Notes: generated from the sequence alone by a model not told the origin. Shown: positions 1 to 7,525, counted from the first letter of the stretch. The stretch is 7,671 nucleotides of DNA from Paraphysomonas bandaiensis (GCA_965644295.1 CBFFRP010000056.1:1-7671), one strand, 5' to 3'. Numbers and translations: made by a program.

Positions 1-565
1 TATTGATGTCGAGTAGTATATGAGTGCTAAGTGGTACATTATCTAAATTATTTTGAATTGTTTTGTTATTTTGAATATTTACTAAAATTATTTCCACTGC
101 TTAATTTATATTTTATAACACCCATTAAAATTTGCTTAATATCCGACATGGACTATGTCAGGGCTAGGGAACAATATATTGTATATTGCTATACTATTGT
201 TAATAGCGCAACACCAATAATACAGACTATGTCGTAGAAACTGGCTAGTTTGGCAATCAAGAAGAAATGTGTAGTCATCAGTGTTGAACTTTATTACGTT
301 TATTTCACTTGCAATTAAGTTCCACACTAGAAAATAGAGCATTAACAGGTCAAAATAAAAATGATATGACGTAGAAGCATACATACGACATAACGTTTTG
401 ATATGTAGTTTGTAATACGTTTGTATACTTAACTTTTGCATGGACTTAAGTGATCGCAATTCTACGCATGCACTTATCATGCATAATAGCAAAAGAAAGT
501 AAATAAATAATTAGGGTCAAAAGGAAATAAAGGACACTCAGGAATGAGATAAAAACACAACTAAG

Positions 566-1974
566 CTACTCCACATCCATTGGCTCTCGATATGCATCCG
601 ATGCAACAACCTCTCAACCTACAGAACATCATTGCTGGCCATGCGCCAGTCATATCGCTCGTCACGCACACGGACCAAAAGGGACTCGGAGGCCTCAACG
701 TGCCGGTGATATTCTTCCATCTGGCGCCGCTCCTTGTCGTCCTTTCGACGCTCTTTAGCTAGTCACCCTTCCTCCTTCCGAGCCATCTAGGCCTCAATAC
801 GCTCGGCCGTTGACAGCACTGCCCAGTAGTGGTGTTGGGCATGCCACCCCTCTCGTCCACTCCTCCCCCTCCCGTTCTGCATCCTGACTCCTCACCTGAC
901 AAGCCCCCTCCTGCCCTCGCTTGGGCTAGTAGGTTTCCCAAGGCCTGACCTCCTGGTAACGAATCCACTTTATATCTGGGTCCTCCTCGCTGGGCTTCAT
1001 GAGAAAGGCAGGCCTGGGCGCCGAAAGAAGCGATGCTTTACGGTCCATGTCCCCCTCATACACATCATACATACCAGAGATATTACTGCTAGAAGCCACC
1101 TTGTCTCATCTCCTCTTCCTCCAAGAGATCCAAGTCAAAGTCTTAGTAAGCGCTTGCTTGATGCAACCAGACAGAGTGGGGTCAGAGGTAAACCCATTCC
1201 ATGCCTGATTGATTATTTTGTTGAAGTGAATAGCCATAGCTATATACCTGCACAAGCAATCACAAACCATACACTGTATGCTATCATCCACATCATACAC
1301 TTTCATGTACACACCCACATCCAGCTTTATCTTGAAGGTCCATCTTCGTAGCCATTATATCCCGATCCACAATATGGAGTGTAGCAAACCATTAGGACAA
1401 GGCGGGGAGCAATCCAGCTCCATGATGGCCTCCCGCAGCACAGAGTGGTTCGTTGGATCGATCCAAAACGCATTGAACTCCTTCGTGGTGAGCCCATACA
1501 ACTCATCAATGGTGTTCATGTCCCGCCCCTAGGTGCGGATAGAGACACCGTACTCCGCGAGAACATAGTCAGCACTCTTGCCATCAATTACCCTGGAAAT
1601 GAGTCCGGCCCTACGCTCCTGAACGGTGTAAACTTTGTAGCCCCGTTTGACATCTACCTCAGGGATATTAGATAGCGTTGAGAATCGCACTTTCAGTCGT
1701 CATACTGGGGAAGTTTCTCGTACAATTGGGCAGATCCGGTAAAAGCCTCTAACACCAAATTTACCTCTCGCTGGTGAGGTGCATTCACTGGAAACACACC
1801 ATACTGCTTGGCACGCTTAACCTCAATCAATACATTTCTTTTTTCCAATGGGGGCAGTGTGACATCGTCCACACGACTGCCTGTATGCTTATGAGTGATT
1901 CGGGGTCGCTGTGGACGTCCTCGCATCATACAAGATCAATTCTGTATGAAAATCAGATCAGACAACGTCATCAT
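566..1974 (-). pseudogene. Decayed ORF of about 460 codons, unknown family (probably TE-encoded), with stops and frameshifts
   Basis: Manual translation. ORF 1929-1693 (LPPLEKRNVLIEVKRAKQYGVFP...) shifts into one frame running from 1696 to about 850 (LKVRFSTLSNIPEVDVKRGYKVYTVQERRAGLISRVIDGKSADYVLAEYG...KEFNAFWIDPTNHSVLREAIMEL...NQAWNGFTSDP...DPDIKWIRYQEVRPWETY). That frame has only 4 stops (1529-31, 1355-57, 1106-08, 926-28). A charged tail in other frames follows (ERIEA*MARKEE / KERRKDDKERRQMEEYHRHVEASE...EPMDVE, stop 566-568). The region is GC-richer than its flanks. Confidence 0.65.
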
Positions 1975-2093
1975 GAGCAGTGATTTCTGTTTACTCTACC
2001 TGATATAACTATATATAGTTTAGTTCTTGTGTAAGTATGTGAGGATGGTTTATAGTAAGATTTAAGGTTGTTCTGATGTGATTCAACACATAA

Positions 2094-2132
2094 AAATCGG
2101 CCAATTCCGAATAAAAAAAAGTAAATCGGCCA
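2094..2132 (+). repeat. Direct repeat AAATCGGCCA x2 around an A-tract
   Basis: Exact 10-mers at 2094-2103 and 2123-2132. Confidence 0.7.
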
Positions 2133-2138
2133 TTATAG

Positions 2139-2548
2139 GTGCCTGCCTTCCTAGTGCTTTTGTTCTCATTACCCTGAAAGGTTGGATGATGAAGATAAGC
2201 TGATAATTTCTGCCAACAAAGACCGAGTGATGGAGTTCTTTGGGGTTCAGTGCAATACAGCTAACGACCGGAAGAAATTAGATGGACCAAATGATATACC
2301 CAATGACAGGAGGACCTCTACAGTGCATTACATGTTAAAGGCTATAGTGCATTAGTGTGAAGACTTTGTGGGACCTCTGACATTTTGGTAATCGACAAGA
2401 AGGAATCCAACCATATCGGCTTTTATGTGGACTTCAAGCTTTGACAAAGCTGATAGGGATGATTCTCATCTACGTGCAAGAAAGACAATAGAATTCCTTC
2501 TTAAACGAGCATGGGAGTGTACTGAAATGCGATTCCAATCTTGTATTA
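2139..2548 (+). pseudogene. Decayed coding exon of unknown product, cut by the TIR element
   Basis: After a TTATAG acceptor-like site, one frame reads CFCSHYPERLDDEDKLIISANKDRVMEFFGVQCNTANDRKKLDGPNDIPNDRRTSTVHYMLKAIVH*CEDFVGPLTFW*STRRNPTISAFMWTSSFDKADRDDSHLRARKTIEFLLKRAWECTEMRFQSC. Stops are at 2152, 2353 and 2389. The frame runs directly into the repeat at 2547. Confidence 0.55.
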
Positions 2549-2563
2549 AGCTGAATCCTAATA
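2547..2563 (+). repeat. Left terminal inverted repeat, copy 1 (TAAGCTGAATCCTAATA)
   Basis: Exact 17-mer. It is the reverse complement of 5064-5080, and the match extends to 19 bp (2545-2563 vs 5064-5082). Confidence 0.9.
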
Positions 2564-2718
2564 CGCCCCCTCAATGAAATAATCAGTGAACCGTAGATAA
2601 TAGAGATAATGAACTATACACACTGAGAGTAAAAACCAGAGTAGCTGTCACTAGTCAATAAAAACTGCAGAGGTGCCATATTGTGAGGCCATCCTTCTAG
2701 TCCAGCATCATGTATTTG

Positions 2719-2735
2719 TAAGCTGAATCCTAATA
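2719..2735 (+). repeat. Left terminal inverted repeat, copy 2 (same orientation as copy 1)
   Basis: Exact 17-bp identity to 2547-2563, 172 bp downstream. The flanks differ. Confidence 0.9.
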
Positions 2736-4077
2736 GTTTGGTAGAGTATATAAAAGTGCTTTGAAAGAATTGTATCGGGAGTTAGGAATGGAATGTAAGG
2801 ATGTTGGTAATTTCAGATTTCAGTTATGGCAGTTTCTATAGTAGGCTATGTTCTTGTAGTAGAGGTAAGTGAGTACTATTCAATATTATACTAAGTAGAA
2901 ATAATATACGCAGTATGTATGTCTACTACAGTATATATATTATTTGCACTTGAAATATATGTAAATTTTTGACTAAGAAAGTTGATTGTATATAAGCCAA
3001 CTACGAAAACCACTGTTAGATATATATTAGGGTCTATTTTCAAGTTTCAAGATATTCGTAGTTTCCAGAAAATTAGGGAAATAAAGCAATACAGAGAGGT
3101 ACTGTGACTAATTCAGAAGACCTTGGCCACTGTGGTGTACCAGCGCGTGTGAATGGCAATCAGAAAGGGCACGTAGTTCACTCAGTTAAGCAAACAATAA
3201 CCAAATCCTCCTTCCTTAATATACGTGAAATAAGAATAGGTGAAGTGGCACGCTATCACCATAATATAACTAATATTTGTTATTTTACGGCGGGTATGTA
3301 CGTGTGTGCCTGTCTCAAGGGGTGTATATGTGTATGTATGTGAGAGGGTATGTAGCTCTATTAACAGTCACCCTCACATACATACAAGAACCTGGATCGC
3401 TTCAGAGCAGAGGTTGAAAGAAACACGACGGTGAAGAAGATATTCTTCTGTTTCTGGTGTGGATATCACCTCCTTTCATGGCCTGTTGATAGTTTAAAGT
3501 AACATATGAAGAGATGCGTTATATCATACATACACACTTCACATAATACAACACGGTATTCCAAAAACACACATCTACAACCGACACAAACTGAAAAGTA
3601 TACATGAGTGTGACAGAATTTCCCGTACTCCCGCATTGTATATATTGACAGTTATATTTAGCGTGGCACATATTCCTACTGCTGTACACTCAAAAGACAT
3701 GTACCTGAGGAGTGGCATTGAAGAAAAGAGGAGAGAAGTATACTACGACGTTGTAGAAGAGTTAAACAAGAACATCAATGCGCCACATTTGAACCCTGCA
3801 CTTGTACGGAACTTGTGATGCACTTTTAATTTTAATTTCAGAATTTGATACGCACTCTTAAAACTATTATTAAGAGCGATTCCTTGTGTCCGACATGATC
3901 TTTTATCACACATGTATAGTGTCCTTTTTCATGTTTTCTAGAGTGTGGGCGAATTATTTTCGTGAGGTAGAGGAAATGTTTGTTAGTGAGAAAGGACGTC
4001 AGGCAACTAATGTTCTACAAGAAGATTTAGCTGGCGGTACTGACCGCCCGAAAATTATTAGCATAGCATACCCAACA

Positions 4078-4124
4078 GTATGATTTCGACTTATTTTTAT
4101 TTGTGTGATAATTGGTTGTTACAG
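4078..4124 (+). other. Spliceosomal intron, 47 bp, phase 0
   Basis: GTATGA...TTACAG with a T-rich interior. Removal eliminates the stop and joins two open frames. Confidence 0.7.
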
Positions 4125-4192
4125 ACTCCAGAAGTGAATATATATGATATAGAAGAAGGCTCTGCAGAATCTGAGGATGGGACTGTGTGCAT

Positions 4193-4238
4193 GTACGTTC
4201 CGTTCTCCTACCATATATGTCTCTGAGAACCTATATAG
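4193..4238 (+). other. Spliceosomal intron, 46 bp, phase 2
   Basis: GTACGT...CTGAG (branch-like)...ATATAG. Splicing makes AT|G and restores the frame. Confidence 0.7.
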
Positions 4239-4434
4239 GATCTTACGCCTCTCCGCGCCAGACATGGAGCTCGATTTGAAAATACGATGTGATGAAATTG
4301 ACAATAGCATATATGAGAGTACATCGGAATTATAGATATTTAGGACTATAATCGGTATTGTTTTGAAGAAGCCACTCCTTGTGATACTTGTAGTATGATT
4401 TTGTGTCACTGTGAGTAGTAGGCCCACTTACTGT

Positions 4435-4900
4435 GCTATACCCTTTTCATGCGTACTCATATCGTCGAAAATTTTATATGGAAGTTTATGGCGTCTGGGT
4501 GGAAGTATAATGAGCAGTAACTGAGTATTCTACCCTGTAATCTCTCTTGTGTATGCTTATGCTTGTACATTTTGTTTGTGTGAAATAGAACAATTATTTC
4601 CCCATTTTGTCCCAAGTGTAACGACTACGGGTATTAGAGCCTCACCGTAGGTGACATTGATGATCTTATCATCCTTGTCCATGTGCACAGGTGATAGTGG
4701 CTAGGGAATAGTGAGACACCAGGATCTCTACATCAGCATAATCTAAGCCAAAAGCAATGCCTATATTTTATATTTCTGATCTGCTCCTCGCTAGCATTGA
4801 CAATGGAAGGATCCAACCCTCCTAGCATAAGCATAAGAGTTGTTCTTACTGACTCCAAGTTTGAAGACTCTCGTACTCTATCAAGCGTCTCCTCATCCAT
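4435..4900 (-). pseudogene. Frameshifted gene remnant of unknown product, convergent with the zinc-finger gene
   Basis: An ATG at 4900 follows an AT-rich leader and reads MDEETLDRVRESSNLESVRTTLMLMLGGLDPSIVNASEEQIRN. Shifted frames then give IGIAFGLDYADVEILVSH and PVHMDKDDKIINVTYGEALIPVVVTLGTKW. The 3' limit is approximate. Confidence 0.45.
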
Positions 4901-5063
4901 AGTAATCAACAATATAAATAAATAACAATGAATAAGTCTACAGCTACAACACTATCTACAAGCAACTTCCAGAGTGAAGAAATTGCATCATATTATCAAT
5001 AATCAATATATGTTATATGTCTACTACGATTCCGTGATCAATGAAATGAACATCATTCATATT

Positions 5064-5080
5064 TATTAGGATTCAGCTTA
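5064..5080 (-). repeat. Right terminal inverted repeat (TATTAGGATTCAGCTTA)
   Basis: Exact reverse complement of both left copies. Confidence 0.9.
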
Positions 5081-5276
5081 ATGCATGACAGTATCTGTGA
5101 GTTATAATGTTCAATAAATGTTGAGTTTTGCTGTTTGAGCAATTAAAAGATATTTGAATTATGACCGTTAGTCAAAGAATACAGTAGTGATGAGCTGTAT
5201 TATGAGAAGTGATATCATGACGATGTAAGATCGTACTAGAAATGAGTGGTAGTAGAGATAACGTGATATATTGCTT
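5079..5276 (+). pseudogene. Probable continuation of the 2139-2548 gene beyond the insertion
   Basis: The reconstructed empty site reads RFQSCINA*QYL up to a GTGAGT donor at 5097. A 53-bp candidate intron ends at AAG 5149, followed by decayed coding-like sequence (SDELYYEK*YHDDVRSY*K*VVVEIT). Confidence 0.35.
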
Positions 5277-5320
5277 ATTATATTTATTATAATCTTCTCT
5301 CATCTTAACTTGATTAACGA

Positions 5321-6179
5321 GTGAATACTCGTCCAGTTAACTTAGTAAATCATCCAATTGTGTCACATCTTGACATGGTAGCGGATGGTAGTTGGAAACA
5401 ACTGCTGAAGCGTGACCATTGGAATGTAACTGGACAGAGGAGCAGGAGTGATACTGCTTTGTACAGTACAAACATACAGTATATAGGATATAAAACCAGT
5501 ATTATTTATGAAAATCGGAGTTTTTCATACGAACATGACAGAAAAGATGACTGCTGTTGTTATGTACTGTAGCTATGTTATAGTGGTTGATGACTGTATG
5601 AACCCTCTGAAGAGACCTGCATAATTATCAGAATGATGTCGTCGTGCCCAAGAGATTTATCAACGTATGTATTCAGACATTGACAGTCCATTGGATTTTG
5701 AGGAGGAGTTTCCAGAAACGGGAAATCTCGAAGGACCGGAAAGCAACTCCGACGACGAGCATAATGACGAAATTGCTGACCAACCAGTAAACAATGAACC
5801 AGTTGCCGAGCCTCCACAGAATAAACGTAGAATCGAAAAGTCGAAGAACTGCCGAAATGGCCTCTCGGCTAGAACTTCCGTCTCGAAAGCAATTAAGACT
5901 TGCGTGGACGGGTTGCAAGGTAGCAATAATACAAACGTCTTATTATCTTGCATGCAGATGATGCAGCAACAAAATCAACAGATGATGCAGCAACAAAATC
6001 AGCAGATGATGCAGATGATGATGTTCATAATGGGAAATCGTGGTTCATCACAGAATACTACTCTTGGTACCCCGCTACAAATATCCACCACAAGAAGTAC
6101 ACCACAGAGCAGCAACTCATCAGATTCATGTGGGAGTGATCCATTAAATTCATTTCAAAATCCTAGTGTAGTATTGTAG
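5321..6179 (+). pseudogene. Putative PIF/Harbinger accessory (Myb/SANT-like DNA-binding) gene; 5' part decayed, 3' 170 codons open
   Basis: ORF 5667-6179 has an acidic tract, a basic NLS-like KRRIEKSK, a Q/M-rich helix and an S/T tail. It extends upstream in frame through two stops (VDDCMNPLKRPA*LSE*CRRAQEIYQRM) to an acceptor-like TTATAG at 5583. An upstream block, GSWKQLLKRDHWNVTGQRSRSDTAL, is weakly trihelix-like. The gene lies tail-to-tail, 58 bp from the transposase, and PIF/Harbinger elements are known to carry two genes. Confidence 0.55.
5955..6014 (+). repeat. Coding 24-bp tandem repeat x2.5 (QMMQQQNQ)
   Basis: CAGATGATGCAGCAACAAAATCAR at 5955-5978 and 5979-6002, partial copy at 6003-6014. 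Confidence 0.9.
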
Positions 6180-6237
6180 ACAGCTAGGGTTGATTACTAA
6201 TGTGAAAGTAAGCAATGCATAAATTAAGAAATATTTA

Positions 6238-6480
6238 TTACATGAAGTATCTTGCAATGTGGTCGTAACCTTCCATATTTACGTACTCCTCATACAAAGG
6301 ATTAAATACAGTTGCTATTTGATTAAGTCCTACATGGTGAGTGCGAAAATTGTGAACCAGCACAATAGCTAGTAATATTTTCCCTCGAATAAATTTGCAC
6401 GAGGGTAGACGACTCTTCAATCGAGAAAACGTTCCTTGTAGTGCTCGCATACCCCATTCAGCCGCCTGTCTCAATGATAA
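6238..6480 (-). pseudogene. C-terminal fragment of a PIF/Harbinger-type (HARBI1-like, DDE_Tnp_4) transposase, 5'-truncated
   Basis: SLRQAAEWGMRALQGTFSRLK...ILLAIVLVHNFRTHHVGLNQIATVF matches the R-x3-E-x-G...L-x-x-x-F-x-x-L catalytic-Glu helix and the downstream LHN motif of DDE_Tnp_4, in the RQAAEWGM variant I recall from fungal and oomycete elements. The two catalytic Asp segments are absent. Confidence 0.88.
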
Positions 6481-7320
6481 GCGCTTAGGTAATTAGATCT
6501 GATTATTACATGAGAGAACTTGTTGCATTTATTTATTACGTTAGACTAGTTGTAACACAAATTATGAAATGCTCAGTTATCTCGGGACTGCTTGTGCATT
6601 GCTGCAAGCACCTTGGTGCAACCATCCCTTGTTTTAAGTTTAGTCTGGTGGTCGTCCTTTTTGGGTAGTGTGTCTGGTGGTCCATATCCGCATGCGAGTC
6701 GGGGTGTGGGGGGTGACGTGCCATTCTGTGGATGTGTGTCAGCGGAGGTGTTGGGATTACCAGTTGTGGTTGTGGTTCTGTCGGAAATGAGTGTTGTCTG
6801 CCTCCGGATCGGGTTGGCAGGCCTGCGTTCTCATACGGAGAGCCCTTCTGGCTCAGGAAGAATGCCTAAGCGGCAAGAGCGCCCCCTCACCCCTCCGCGT
6901 CGCTATGTGTGGTCTCGTGTGGGGCACGGCTCTGGGGGTGGATGTTGCTTTAAGTAGCTGGAGGATCGTCGGGGTGGTGGTGGGGTATGTGCGACGTGGT
7001 TGTGGGCTGGCATGAGTCGAGGTTGGTGTCATTGCTGTCACATCGTTACTGTGAAATCGACATCCTCTGTTTTTGAGCATGTTTATTCCTCCATTGTAGA
7101 GGGGGAGCAGGACTTTGGTGACGGATTTCTCGAGTTTATGGAACTGGTGGTCGTGTAGCGAGGTGGAGATGTTGTGTCCGAAAGCATTAGCGAGTTGCGA
7201 GGCTGTTAGTTGTCCGGTCCAGTATCTCTCAACCTGGGGTGTGGTGGGATCCCAGGCAGCCCTCGCCAGTCTTTGTAGGGCGGTGTTATGACGCAGCCTC
7301 GTTTGACAACTCAACTGTCA
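6481..7320 (-). mobile_element. GC-rich foreign segment abutting the truncated transposase; possibly the 3' end of a non-LTR retrotransposon
   Basis: There is an abrupt composition shift and strong strand bias (minus strand A/C-rich). ORF 7314-6853 has an ordered N-terminal half (ARAAWDPTTPQVERYWTGQLTASQLANAFG...) followed by T/P-rich low complexity. AATAAATAAA lies on the minus strand at about 6528-6537. No RT, endonuclease or poly(A) tail is visible. Confidence 0.4.
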
Positions 7321-7469
7321 CCTCACAGTTTGGTTTGATAACCAAGACTATGGCTCGTGATAACGCTAACTACTATCACTGTGGGCTTGCATACATATGT
7401 GTATGTGTGCAAAGCAATACCCAAGTACAGAAGTACAAAATAATGATTATTATCGTATAATGAATCATG

Positions 7470-7525
7470 AATAATACTGTCTACAATATCAACGGCTAAT
7501 AATACTGTCTACAATATCAACGGCT
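7470..7525 (+). repeat. Perfect 28-bp tandem duplication AATAATACTGTCTACAATATCAACGGCT x2
   Basis: Identical units at 7470-7497 and 7498-7525. Confidence 0.95.

Larger units (their letters stand above)
3368..4418 (+). pseudogene. Spliced, decayed gene with an N-terminal BED-like C2HC zinc finger, an acidic middle and a Cys-rich tail
   Basis: Exon from 3368 reads SPSHTYKNLDRFRAEVERNTTVKKIFFCFWCGYHLLSWPVDSLK*HMKRC (C-x2-C-x14-H-x3-C, 3449-3517). Further coding-like blocks lie at about 3662-3803, 3941-4077, 4125-4192 and 4239-4335. The last three splice in frame (...IAYPT|TPEVNIYDIEEGSAESEDGTVCM|ILRLSAPDMELDLKIRCDEIDNSIYE). CDTCSMILCHC lies at 4380-4412 in a shifted frame. Confidence 0.6.
2549..5078. 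mobile_element. TIR DNA transposon, apparently non-autonomous and cargo-carrying; TA (or TTAA) target duplication; superfamily unresolved
   Basis: A perfect 15-bp TIR, AGCTGAATCCTAATA, is flanked by TA on both sides. It can also be read as a 14-bp TIR with TTAA on both sides for the outer pair. The element interrupts a reading frame. Confidence 0.7.
5321..6480. mobile_element. PIF/Harbinger-like transposon remnant (termini not identified)
   Basis: Transposase C-terminus plus a convergent accessory ORF. Confidence 0.7.

Noticed and set aside
31-492. ORFs 31-237 (+) and 136-492 (-)
   Set aside because: Very AT-rich with F/Y/L/I/C-biased translations and non-ATG starts. No motif, so probably chance ORFs.
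580-1983. Plus-strand ORFs (580-762, 999-1208, 1154-1351, 1278-1532, 1445-1675, 1774-1983)
   Set aside because: Best explained as antisense shadows of the minus-strand pseudogene.
2547-2735. Direct repeats as a CRISPR array
   Set aside because: Only two 17-bp copies with a 155-bp gap, an inverted third copy, a eukaryotic context and no cas genes.
3104-3343. ORF 3104-3343 (+), or the opposite-strand peptide FTYIKEGGFGYCLLN*VNYVPFLIAIHTRW
   Set aside because: Looks like decayed coding sequence, but strand and frame cannot be decided and the splice phase to the 3368 exon does not match.
4119-4427. ORF 4119-4427 (-)
   Set aside because: Antisense to the better-supported spliced plus-strand exons.
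926-5636. Stop-codon reassignment (alternative genetic code) explaining in-frame stops
   Set aside because: All three stop types occur together with frameshifts, and TAA/TAG end the transposase and accessory ORFs normally. Decay is the simpler explanation.
274-6123. Hammerhead ribozyme cores (CTGANGA at about 274 minus, 3704, 4171, 5607 and 6116 minus)
   Set aside because: None is followed by a stem II and GAAA in the required arrangement.
5578-6139. ORFs 5578-5817, 5660-5953, 5673-5918 (-) and 5948-6139 (+)
   Set aside because: Antisense or alternate-frame overlaps of ORF 5667-6179.
6592-7015. Plus-strand ORFs 6592-6957 and 6791-7015
   Set aside because: V/G-rich antisense products of the strand-biased minus-strand sequence.
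6475-7369. TGATAAGCGCTTA / TGATAACGCTAA as a target-site duplication
   Set aside because: The match is imperfect, and transposase coding sequence does not resume beyond 7370 as a clean insertion would require.
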